Positions 18,883 to 26,908 of a DNA stretch of 64,000 bases are shown here, in pieces. The notes beneath the pieces were generated by a model, which saw nothing but the letters and a program-made list of their open reading frames with translations, did no database searches and was not told the origin of the DNA. Both the position numbers and the translations under genes were made by a program. This DNA is from a bacterium. GTDB lineage: Bacteria > BMS3Abin14. Location: the NCBI GenBank assembly GCA_029210965.1, contig JARGFZ010000007.1:27052-91051 (forward strand), written 5' to 3'. How positions within the stretch are numbered: position 1 is the first letter of the stretch; every line of letters begins with the position of its first letter.

Positions 18883-20179
18883 CTCCCGTGCCCCGGTCGT
18901 CATTATCGGGGCAGGCTTAGCCGGGCTGGCGGCGGGACGCGTTCTCGGTGCCGCTGGCGCGGACTACCTTATTGTGGAGGCCGCAGACCGTCCTGGCGGC
19001 CTGTGCCGTACCGAGGTGGTGGACGGTTTCACCTTCGACTACACCGGGCACCTTCTGCATTTAAGGGAGGGGGAGTCCAGGGACCTTATCCTTGAGCTGA
19101 TCGGGGATGGTCTTGTAGAGCAAAACCGGAAGGCTTCCGTATATGTGGAAGGGGTTTTTGTGGATTATCCCATCCAGGCCCATTTCGGTAAATTGCCGGC
19201 CCCTTTCGCCGGGAAGTGCCTGGAGGAGCTTCTGGTAGCTGCTGATGGGACGGTTTCCGGGGAGATATTTTTTGACCAGTGGGCGGAAAAACGGTTCGGT
19301 AAAACCCTGGCCAGGCTTTTCATGATCCCCTACAACGCCAAGCTCAACGTTCATCCCCTGGAAGAGATGGAGATCTCCTGGACATCCTGGTCGGTGCCTG
19401 TTCCCACAGCCCGGGAACTCAGGGCCATCGCACGGGGGGAAACTCCTCCTGCCTACGGTTACAACGCCACCTTTTTCTATCCCCGCAAGGAAGGCATAGA
19501 GATCCTGCCCCGCAGCCTGGCCCGTGGTCAGGAGACCTTCATTCTCAACGGTACGAAAGTTGACCGGGTGAACGCTTTTGCCCAAACGGTGACCCTGGAT
19601 AGGGGTGAGGTACTTCCCTTCAGCTCTCTCATAAGCACCGTGCCTCTTCCGGGGCTCCTGGAAATAACTGAGGGCCTGAACAGTTCTCTGGCCCGATCCG
19701 CCGGGAGCCTCAGGTATAGTTCGGTCCTCGGGATCTGCATGGGTCTCGACGGTCCTGTCAACACCCAGGATCATTGGGTCTACTTCCCCGATGAGCGTCT
19801 GCCTTTTTACCGCGTGGGTTTCCCCACGAACTTTTCCGCCAGGGTCGCGCCTTCAGGCTGTGGTTCCCTTTACGCCGAGGTGGCTTATATCCCGGGTTCA
19901 CCCCCGGATGCGGACCGGGTTGCTGATAAAGTTCTCGAGACCCTGGCCGATACGGGGCTCATTGATCGGTCCACCAGGGTTGCGGCCAGAGTTGATCAGG
20001 AAATGCCCTGTGCCTACGTTTTTCATGACCTTTACAGAGCCAACCATCTCGATGCCATTCTTGGGTCATTGGGTGAAAAAGGTATTCGATCCGTGGGGCG
20101 TTACGGGGCCTGGGAGTACTCTGCCATGCAGGATGCGGTTCAGTGGGGGCTTAACGCTGCCAGGGGGGTCCTGGGATGA
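18863..20179 (+). CDS. FAD-dependent oxidoreductase of the amine-oxidase or UDP-galactopyranose-mutase type; UGM-like (Glf) favoured
   Basis: It has an N-terminal Rossmann motif 'VVIIGAGLAGLAAG', a 'DRPGGLCRTEVVDGFTFDYTGHLLH' block resembling the UGM substrate-binding region, and a C-terminal 'GRYGAWEYSAMQDAVQWG' resembling the UGM 'GRLxxYxYxNMD' motif. It is embedded in a glycosyltransferase cluster. Confidence 0.5.
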   Translation: MSLPSANSRAPVVIIGAGLAGLAAGRVLGAAGADYLIVEAADRPGGLCRTEVVDGFTFDYTGHLLHLREGESRDLILELIGDGLVEQNRKASVYVEGVFVDYPIQAHFGKLPAPFAGKCLEELLVAADGTVSGEIFFDQWAEKRFGKTLARLFMIPYNAKLNVHPLEEMEISWTSWSVPVPTARELRAIARGETPPAYGYNATFFYPRKEGIEILPRSLARGQETFILNGTKVDRVNAFAQTVTLDRGEVLPFSSLISTVPLPGLLEITEGLNSSLARSAGSLRYSSVLGICMGLDGPVNTQDHWVYFPDERLPFYRVGFPTNFSARVAPSGCGSLYAEVAYIPGSPPDADRVADKVLETLADTGLIDRSTRVAARVDQEMPCAYVFHDLYRANHLDAILGSLGEKGIRSVGRYGAWEYSAMQDAVQWGLNAARGVLG

Positions 20180-21336
20180 GCCGGATCCCTGTGGTACACG
20201 TTATAACCAAACTGGAGTTCGGCGGCGCCCAGCAGAACACCCTGTATACAGTAGCTTCTCTGGATCGGGAGCGCTTCGAACCGGTTCTCATGACGGGCCC
20301 CGGTGGTTATCTCATGCCTGAGGCCCTGGACCTGGACCTGGACCTGAGGGTTGTGTCCAACATGGAGCGTGCCCTGAGACCGGGTGTCGATGGGGCGGCC
20401 TACAGGGAATTGGGCAAACTTCTCGAACCCTACCGGGGCCGACCGGCTATCGTTCACACTCACAGCTCCAAGGCGGGCATCCTGGGCCGCTGGGCTGCCC
20501 GTAAGAACCGTGTCCCGGTTATCATCCACTCCATCCACGGGTTCGGTTTCACCCCGGCACAAAGTCCTCCAAAACGATTTCTCTTCCAGACGGCAGAGCG
20601 TCTTACCTCCCGCATCACCGATCATTTTATCGCCGTGTCCGAATCCAACCGTAAAGATGGGGCACGCCTGGGTCTTTTCAGCCCGGAGCGGTGCACCCTT
20701 ATCAGATCGGGTTTCGACCTTGACCGGTTCCTCCGTGCCCAACCGGTCAAGCCCGATCTCCTTCTTGATCTGGGTATCCCTCACGGATCACCCCTCGTTC
20801 TCATGGTTGCCTGTTTAAAGCCCCAGAAGGCTCCCCTCGATTTTGTCAATCTGGCTGCCCTGGTGCATCGTGACTTTCCGGAAGTCAGATTCCTGCTTGC
20901 AGGTGACGGGGAACTGAGAGGAACCCTTCTTGCAGAGGTGGACCGCCTGGGGCTGAAAGGTGTTTTTATAGCTCCGGGATGGCGTGAGGATATTCCCGAG
21001 CTCATGAAGAGCAGCCGCGTCGTTGTCCTTACCTCGAGATGGGAGGGGCTCCCGAGGGTGATACCCCAGGCCAAGGCGGCTGCCCGTCCGGTAGTAGCTG
21101 CCGCCGTTGACGGTTCCGTTGAGGCCATAAGGGAAGGTGTGGACGGGTACCTCTGCCCCCCCGGGGATGTGGACTCCATGGCCCAAAGGGTGATCTGTCT
21201 CCTGAAAGACCAGGGCCTGGCCGATCGCATGGGCCGGGAAGGGAACCGGGTAGTGGACGAATGGGACCAGGACCAGATGGTGAGGAAGCAGGAGGAGCTC
21301 TACGAGCGACTCCTCAGAGAAAAGAACATATGGTGA
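20176..21336 (+). CDS. Family 1 (GT4-type) glycosyltransferase
   Basis: The N-terminus 'PVVHVITKLEFGGAQQ' and the C-terminal block 'VVLTSRWEGLPRVIPQAKAAARPVVAAAVDGSVE' are typical of GT-B retaining glycosyltransferases. Confidence 0.85.
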   Translation: MSRIPVVHVITKLEFGGAQQNTLYTVASLDRERFEPVLMTGPGGYLMPEALDLDLDLRVVSNMERALRPGVDGAAYRELGKLLEPYRGRPAIVHTHSSKAGILGRWAARKNRVPVIIHSIHGFGFTPAQSPPKRFLFQTAERLTSRITDHFIAVSESNRKDGARLGLFSPERCTLIRSGFDLDRFLRAQPVKPDLLLDLGIPHGSPLVLMVACLKPQKAPLDFVNLAALVHRDFPEVRFLLAGDGELRGTLLAEVDRLGLKGVFIAPGWREDIPELMKSSRVVVLTSRWEGLPRVIPQAKAAARPVVAAAVDGSVEAIREGVDGYLCPPGDVDSMAQRVICLLKDQGLADRMGREGNRVVDEWDQDQMVRKQEELYERLLREKNIW

Positions 21337-21446
21337 ACAGTGAATAGTGAAAAGTGAACGGTCAAGACATGTATTGACGAGGAGTTATTAAGATCAGGTT
21401 GTTTTAGATTAACACTCTTCACACTTCACGGTTCACTATTCACAGC
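21333..21446. repeat. Intergenic inverted repeat built from (GTGAAYR)n heptamers
   Basis: The left arm is 'GTGAACAGTGAATAGTGAAAAGTGAACG' and the right arm is 'CTCTTCACACTTCACGGTTCACTATTCACAG', its reverse complement, with a loop of about 55 bp. It lies between the GT1 stop and pilD. Confidence 0.6.
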
Positions 21447-21497
21447 AACTTTGGAGATCTGAAATATGAGATATTATTCTACTAAAGGATCCCGACA

Positions 21498-22325
21498 ATG
21501 AGCATACAGTTCCAGATAGTGATATTCGCCTTCCCATTCGGGGCCATCATGGGCAGTTTCGCCAATGTTCTCATCCACCGGCTGCCCATGAGCCTGTCCA
21601 TTGTATCTCCCGGTTCACGGTGCCCGTCTTGCGGTAGTGGGATCAGGTGGTCCGACAACATCCCCATCCTCAGCTATTTCATCCTGGGAGGGCGCTGCCG
21701 TATCTGCAAGACGACCATCTCACCGAGGTACCCTCTTGTGGAGGCCTTGAGCGGCCTATTGTTCGCGGCCGTGGGCATGAGATTCGGGATCCCGGCGGCA
21801 ACTGTCCCGTTGGCTCTGCTGGAAACTGTCTTGTTGGTTCTGGCGGCAACTGTCCCGCTGGCTCTGTTCGTCTGGGCCCTTGTGGTCATCACTTTCATAG
21901 ATCTTGACCACCGCATCATACCTGACGTCATCTCTGGGCCCGGAACCATACTTGGTCTCGCTTGCAGTTTTCTCCCGGGTTTTCCCCGGCCGATGGATTC
22001 GGTGGCGGGTGTGGGCATAGGGGCCGGGTTCCTTTTCCTCGTCCTTTATGCCTACGAGAAGATCATGGGAGAGGAGGGGATGGGGTTGGGAGATGTCAAG
22101 CTCCTTGCCATGATTGGTGCGTTCCTGGGCTGGCAGGCCCTTCCGGTCACGATACTGGTCTCTTCCTTGTCCGGCAGCGTTGTGGGTGTGGGGTATGCCC
22201 TTGTAAAGGGTGAATCGGTGAGAAAATTCCCGGTTCCCTTCGGCCCCTTTCTGGCCCTCGGGGCCCTTGTTCACCTTTTCTTCGGAGTCCAGCTGATACA
22301 ATGGTATCTGGGAAAACTGTCATAA
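21498..22325 (+). CDS. pilD: Prepilin leader peptidase / N-methyltransferase PilD (peptidase A24)
   Basis: The N-terminal DiS_P_DiS domain has the zinc tetracysteine 'CPSCGSGIRW...CRICK'. The A24 catalytic region is C-terminal. An internal direct duplication encodes 'AATVPLAL' twice. Confidence 0.9.
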   Translation: MSIQFQIVIFAFPFGAIMGSFANVLIHRLPMSLSIVSPGSRCPSCGSGIRWSDNIPILSYFILGGRCRICKTTISPRYPLVEALSGLLFAAVGMRFGIPAATVPLALLETVLLVLAATVPLALFVWALVVITFIDLDHRIIPDVISGPGTILGLACSFLPGFPRPMDSVAGVGIGAGFLFLVLYAYEKIMGEEGMGLGDVKLLAMIGAFLGWQALPVTILVSSLSGSVVGVGYALVKGESVRKFPVPFGPFLALGALVHLFFGVQLIQWYLGKLS

Positions 22326-23965
22326 AAGGCCTGGGTTTCGGGCGCCAGCGCGGACTGAGGTTCGAGATCATGTTCAGCCTCGGACTGATCATGTTCAGCG
22401 GCGTAGTTATTCTGGGGGCCACAGCCCTGAGGGCGGCTGAGAAAACGATCCTCCTTCAAAAACTCGAATCCCTTACCCAGGTCACCCGTGCTGTGCAGCT
22501 GGGACTTTCCGGCTGGTGGAACCAGGAAGGCCCTTCGCGGAATCTGCAGGTGATCCTGAACCAGACCACGGCAGGCCTTGGTATCACCTCTTTCAAGGTC
22601 GCTGACCTGGAAGGCCGCCTTCTAGCGGGGATCCGTGAAAGTGATACCGGTACTACATCGGATCCTTTCCTCATCCGTGCCCTGGAAACGAGATCGATCG
22701 TGGTGCCGGGTCAGATCACAGGAAAGCTTCCGAAATCGGCCAGCGGTTCATGGACTTTTGCCGCTCCGGTGTTCAAGGATGGGGTCATGATGGGTGCCTT
22801 TTTGGTCACCTATCCCCTGGAAAATCTGGGGGTCGTTCTGAAGCTCCACCGTAAGCTCGTTTATACCTTCGCCTTAATAGACGGCCTCATGATCGTCCTG
22901 TTCGGATGGTGGCTTATCGGGAGGGTTGCCATAAATCCCATAATTCGCATCTCCAGAGGGGCTGAGGCTCTGGCGGCAGGAGAATATGACACGAGGGTCC
23001 AGGTTCAGGGGGCCAGGGAGATCGAGGCTCTGGCCGCGGTTTTTAACTCCATGGCAGAGAGGGTTCAGGCAGCGGTCTATAAACAGGACGAGCACCTGGC
23101 TGCCATCGAGCGCACCAACTGGGAGCTCATGTCCACCCAGAGGGAGATGGTCCGGGTGGAAAAGCTTGCCTCCGTGGGGCAGTTGGCGGCCGGGGTGGCC
23201 CATGAGATCGGCAACCCCCTCTCGGCTATTCTGGGTTACGCCTCCATCCTCCTGAGGGAAGAGAAGGATCCCGAGGCCCAGCAGTATCTCGGCTATATTG
23301 AGAAGGAGACGGAGAGGATCCAGAGGATCATCAGCGGTCTTCTTGAGTTCTCCCGTCCCAGGGATTCCCATGTGGAGATCCTGAGTGTTAACGAAATTGT
23401 CAAAAGCACCATCGATCTGGTGACTCCCCAGCAGATCTTCAGGAATATGGTGGTTAAAACGATCCTGTCCGATCAGGATCCTCTGGTCAGCGGAGACAGC
23501 CATCAGCTCCAGCAGATCCTCATCAACATCCTCCTTAACGCGGCCCAGGCCGTGGAAGGGGAGGGTCACCTGGAGGTGCGGACAAGGTCCACGGTGCTCC
23601 AGGCAGGTGAAGGTGCCGTTCCCAGGAGGAGGGCCGCTGATTTCCGGAAGAGGGTCACCGATCCCCTGAACGAAGACTACGTGGCTATGAGACGCTCTTT
23701 CCCCGATGCTCCTCTGCTCAAGGAAGGGGATCGCGCGGTAGCCATTTCGATCAGGGATTCAGGGGGCGGCGTTCCCCCCGAGATCGCAGACAAGATATTC
23801 GATCCGTTTTTCACCACCAAGGGACCGGGTGAGGGCACAGGCCTGGGACTTGCCATCGCCCACGGCATCGTCGAGGCCCACGGGGGACGGCTCTGTCTGG
23901 AGAACCCGGAGGAGGGCGGCGCGATGTTCACGGTGCTGTTGCCGGAGAAAAGCAGTGAACAGTGA
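22301..23965 (+). CDS. Sensor histidine kinase with periplasmic sensor, HAMP, HisKA and HATPase_c domains; second pil-linked two-component system
   Basis: The H-box is 'ASVGQLAAGVAHEIGNPLSAILGYAS' and the G-boxes are 'DSGGGVPPEIADKIFDPFFTTKGPGEGTGLGLAI'. Two TM segments flank a periplasmic domain of about 150 aa. The true start may be the ATG at about 22370 ('MFSLGLIMF'). Confidence 0.85.
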   Translation: MVSGKTVIKGLGFGRQRGLRFEIMFSLGLIMFSGVVILGATALRAAEKTILLQKLESLTQVTRAVQLGLSGWWNQEGPSRNLQVILNQTTAGLGITSFKVADLEGRLLAGIRESDTGTTSDPFLIRALETRSIVVPGQITGKLPKSASGSWTFAAPVFKDGVMMGAFLVTYPLENLGVVLKLHRKLVYTFALIDGLMIVLFGWWLIGRVAINPIIRISRGAEALAAGEYDTRVQVQGAREIEALAAVFNSMAERVQAAVYKQDEHLAAIERTNWELMSTQREMVRVEKLASVGQLAAGVAHEIGNPLSAILGYASILLREEKDPEAQQYLGYIEKETERIQRIISGLLEFSRPRDSHVEILSVNEIVKSTIDLVTPQQIFRNMVVKTILSDQDPLVSGDSHQLQQILINILLNAAQAVEGEGHLEVRTRSTVLQAGEGAVPRRRAADFRKRVTDPLNEDYVAMRRSFPDAPLLKEGDRAVAISIRDSGGGVPPEIADKIFDPFFTTKGPGEGTGLGLAIAHGIVEAHGGRLCLENPEEGGAMFTVLLPEKSSEQ

Positions 23966-24041
23966 ATGGTGAACAGTGAACGGTAACAGCGGAAAAGTTT
24001 TAGTGTTTATTCGGTTCATTTTTCACGATTCACGATTCACC
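23954..24041. repeat. Intergenic (GTGAACR)n inverted repeat
   Basis: The left arm is 'GTGAACAGTGAATGGTGAACAGTGAACGG' and the right arm is 'GGTTCATTTTTCACGATTCACGATTCACC'. Confidence 0.6.
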
Positions 24042-24084
24042 TGTTATTTTGAATTTTGAAACTGAACTCACAGGACGGTGATTT

Positions 24085-25458
24085 ATGGAGCTACACAAGA
24101 TATTAGTTGTCGATGACGAGGAGAGTGTCCGTTCCATGGTGGCGGTTCTCCTCCAGAAGGAGGGTTACCAGGTCAGCAGCGCCCAGGGTGGAAGTGAAGC
24201 CCTGGAGCTTCTGGGAGAACAACCTTTCGACCTGGTCATTTCCGACATTCGCATGCCCCGCATGGATGGGCTGCAGCTGCTCGAACGTATCCATGCCCTC
24301 TACCCCGATATCACGGTCATCATGATGTCGGCCTTCGGAACGGTGGACCTTGCCGTGGAGGCCATGAAAAGGGGCGCATACGATTACATCAGCAAGCCGT
24401 TCAAGCCTGATGAGATTCTTCTGGCTCTCAGGAAAGCTCAGGAGCGGGAGGGGCTTCGGAGGGAGAATACCCGCCTCAAGGAGGAGGTTGGTGAGCGGTT
24501 CAGCCTCGAGGGGATCGTGGCTCGCAGCCCCTCCATGGTGAAAATCATGGAGTCTGTGCGCAAGGTCGCCGGTTACAGAAGCCATGTGCTGGTGACGGGG
24601 GAGAGCGGGACCGGCAAGGAGGTCCTTGCCAGGGCCGTTCACAACCTGAGCCCATGGAAGGATGACCCCTTCGTCGCCGTTAACTGCGGTGCCATTCCTG
24701 CCACACTCATGGAGAGCGAGTTTTTCGGGCATGCCCGGGGAGCCTTCACCGATGCCGTAACGGACAAGGCCGGCCTCTTCGAGGAAGCCAGCGGAGGTAC
24801 TCTGTTTTTAGATGAGATCGGCGACCTGCCCCTGGAGCTGCAGGTCAAGTTCCTCCGCGCCATCCAGGAGGGCGAGGTGAGGAGGGTGGGGGATAATACG
24901 GCTATCGAAGTCGATGTGAGGATCATCGCCGCTACCGCAGTGGAGTTGTCAAAGGCGGTCCGGGAGGGCCGGTTCAGGGAAGATCTTTTCTACAGGCTCA
25001 ACGTTGTGCCGATCCAGATCCCGCCCCTGAGGCAGCGCCCCGAGGATATCTATCCCCTGGCCGATCACCTGCTCTATCGCATATCCATGCGCCTGGGTGG
25101 CGGACAGCGGAACCTTTCCCCGGATGGGATGAAGGCCCTGCTGAAGTATCCATGGCCCGGAAACGTCCGGGAAATGGAGAACCTGTTCGAACGGGCGTCG
25201 ATCCTTGCCGATTCCACCACCCTGGAGCTGGAGGACATCCTGCCCCTGCTGGCCGAAATGGAGACAGGAGAAGAGACGAGCCTTTCACCCGACGAGTTGT
25301 CCATTAAGATCGCCTCTCGTCACATGGAAAAGAGGCTCATTGTAAAAGCCCTGAAAAAGACCCAGTACAACAGGAGCCAGGCAGCCCGCCTCCTGGAGAT
25401 CAGCCACAGAGCACTGCTGTACAAGATCAAGGATTACGAGATAGAGGTACCTAAGTGA
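24085..25458 (+). CDS. Sigma-54-dependent response regulator (NtrC/PilR2-like)
   Basis: It has a REC domain ('LVISDIRMPRMDG'), a Walker A motif 'GESGTGKE', the GAFTGA variant 'GAFTDA' and a Fis-type HTH 'QAARLLEISHRALLYKIKDY'. Confidence 0.9.
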   Translation: MELHKILVVDDEESVRSMVAVLLQKEGYQVSSAQGGSEALELLGEQPFDLVISDIRMPRMDGLQLLERIHALYPDITVIMMSAFGTVDLAVEAMKRGAYDYISKPFKPDEILLALRKAQEREGLRRENTRLKEEVGERFSLEGIVARSPSMVKIMESVRKVAGYRSHVLVTGESGTGKEVLARAVHNLSPWKDDPFVAVNCGAIPATLMESEFFGHARGAFTDAVTDKAGLFEEASGGTLFLDEIGDLPLELQVKFLRAIQEGEVRRVGDNTAIEVDVRIIAATAVELSKAVREGRFREDLFYRLNVVPIQIPPLRQRPEDIYPLADHLLYRISMRLGGGQRNLSPDGMKALLKYPWPGNVREMENLFERASILADSTTLELEDILPLLAEMETGEETSLSPDELSIKIASRHMEKRLIVKALKKTQYNRSQAARLLEISHRALLYKIKDYEIEVPK

Positions 25459-25460
25459 CA

Positions 25461-25518
25461 GAATGTAGAACGCAGAATGTAGAACGCAGAATAAACGGAT
25501 CACGGTTCACTGTTCACG
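25461..25518. repeat. Tandem 14-mer (GAATGTAGAACGCA)x2 plus a (TTCACNG) palindrome
   Basis: 'GAATGTAGAACGCAGAATGTAGAACGCAGAAT' is followed by 'CACGGTTCACTGTTCACG'. It lies immediately after the response regulator stop. Confidence 0.55.
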
Positions 25519-25603
25519 TAATAGTTATTCGCTTGCTATGAAAAAAGTGCGTCATTAAAGTTTGGCTTGGCGTAAATATCCTTTATTAAAGGTGGGTTAT
25601 CCA

Positions 25604-25619
25604 TGGTACGGCTCTTGCT
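25604..25619 (+). promoter_or_regulatory. Candidate sigma-54 promoter for the minor-pilin operon
   Basis: The sequence is TGGTAC-GGCTC-TTGCT, with GG-N10-GC, and the predicted TSS falls at about 25630, just 5' of the GGAGGA ribosome-binding site. The very short leader makes this tentative. Confidence 0.3.
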
Positions 25620-25641
25620 TTACCAGTGGCATGGAGGAAAC

Positions 25642-26310
25642 ATGAAGAATCGGTTTTCCAAAAATGAAAAGGGATTTACGCTGGTGGAGTTGATGCTGGC
25701 TGTTTCCATCAGTCTCATCATCACCTCTATAGCTGTCTACAACCTTCTGGGGGACCTTCCCAAGTACCGCCTCAGGGCAACCGCCAACAAGGTCGCTGCC
25801 ACATTGCAGTACCTTAAGGTAAGAGCTGTGGCCACAAACAAGATGGCCTGGATAAATGTCAACTACGACACGGCGGGCAGCCACTATTTCACGGGGTTCG
25901 TTGACGAAGCGCCCTACAACACCGCAGACAACCCGGCTGACTATAACGCTGCAGGTATCGACCTTCCTGACATCGTGGGTTCCACCCCCTGTTTCAAACT
26001 GCCGGTCAACGTCAGCTTCGGCTTTCCCGATGGTTTCACCTCCGGGGCGGGACCGGACGGCACAGCCTTCCCGGGGGCCGGTAACTTTATTACGACCCAT
26101 GCAGTGGGCACCTATGCCGGGGGTACCCAAGGCGGGTATTTTGGCTACAGGCCCACTGGTGTCCCGGTCATAAACCTGCAAAGTTCCATGACCGCTCCTA
26201 CTCCAGCTGTCATCTACCTGAAGAACAGCCTGGGTGAGGGGTATGCGGTATCTGTTCAGATCACGGGGCGAGTGAAGGTATCTCGATGGAGCGGTGGGGT
26301 ATGGCAATGA
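25642..26310 (+). CDS. Minor pilin of the FimT/FimU/GspH family (prepilin)
   Basis: GGAGGA lies 3 nt upstream of the ATG at 25642. The class III signal is 'MKNRFSKNEKG|FTLVELMLAVSISLIITSIAV', followed by a 'RATANKVAATLQYLKVRAVATN' helix typical of the GspH/FimT family. Confidence 0.75.
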   Translation: MKNRFSKNEKGFTLVELMLAVSISLIITSIAVYNLLGDLPKYRLRATANKVAATLQYLKVRAVATNKMAWINVNYDTAGSHYFTGFVDEAPYNTADNPADYNAAGIDLPDIVGSTPCFKLPVNVSFGFPDGFTSGAGPDGTAFPGAGNFITTHAVGTYAGGTQGGYFGYRPTGVPVINLQSSMTAPTPAVIYLKNSLGEGYAVSVQITGRVKVSRWSGGVWQ

Positions 26311-26369
26311 CGAATTACGAAGATACCAAATCAGGCAAGCATTACCTATTTCACAGGCTGTGCAGGCTG

Positions 26370-26858
26370 ATGGTTAAAGGGTTAACCCCTGGATCCAGAG
26401 ACGGGTTCGGCCTCCTGGAACTGATCATCGCCATGACCATTCTGGCCATCGGCATTCTGGGGATCATGAAACTCCAGATGCAGTCAGGTTTCGGGAACGC
26501 GGCTTCCCGGCAAAACAGCGCTGCTGTGAACCTGGCCCGCTCCAAGATGGAGGAGTTAAAGAGGATCGGTGCCTACTCTGTTCAGGAAGGCGCCATCGTG
26601 GGTTTGAATGATACCGATACCACCAACGATCTGGCTGACTGGTCCACCCCCGATTTCACTGAGGGTCCTTTTAACGAGAGCGCGGATTCCACTTCCGGGG
26701 GAGATCTCTACACCAGGTCATGGAACGTGGTTCACGACTTTCCCATTGCCGGTTTCAAAACGATCCGGATCCGGGTCAGCTGGACCTCCCGGGGTGTGGA
26801 GAAACACGTGGACATGGAGACCCAGATCGGTCTCAAGGATATGGAATATTTCCAGTAG
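26370..26858 (+). CDS. pilV: Minor pilin PilV (prepilin)
   Basis: The start is placed at 'MVKGLTPGSRDG|FGLLELIIAMTILAIGILGIMKLQ', and the protein is about 160 aa like PilV. The upstream extension in the track ORF overlaps the previous gene. Confidence 0.7.
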   Translation: MVKGLTPGSRDGFGLLELIIAMTILAIGILGIMKLQMQSGFGNAASRQNSAAVNLARSKMEELKRIGAYSVQEGAIVGLNDTDTTNDLADWSTPDFTEGPFNESADSTSGGDLYTRSWNVVHDFPIAGFKTIRIRVSWTSRGVEKHVDMETQIGLKDMEYFQ

Positions 26859-26908
26859 GACGGATCAGATCGCTAACTGAGGCTCTCTTGTTGATGGAGG
26901 ATGGAAAG

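Noticed and set aside
21333-25518. Possible CRISPR arrays suggested by the tandem GTGAAC and GAATGTAGAAC units
   Set aside because: The units are only 7-14 bp with no unique spacers. They are arranged as inverted arms rather than repeat-spacer arrays, and no cas genes are present.
26720-26908. Upstream in-frame extension of the giant pilin ORF, starting at 26720 or 26894
   Set aside because: The extension overlaps pilV in another frame and would destroy the class III signal-peptide geometry. GGAGGA is correctly spaced only for the ATG at 26909.
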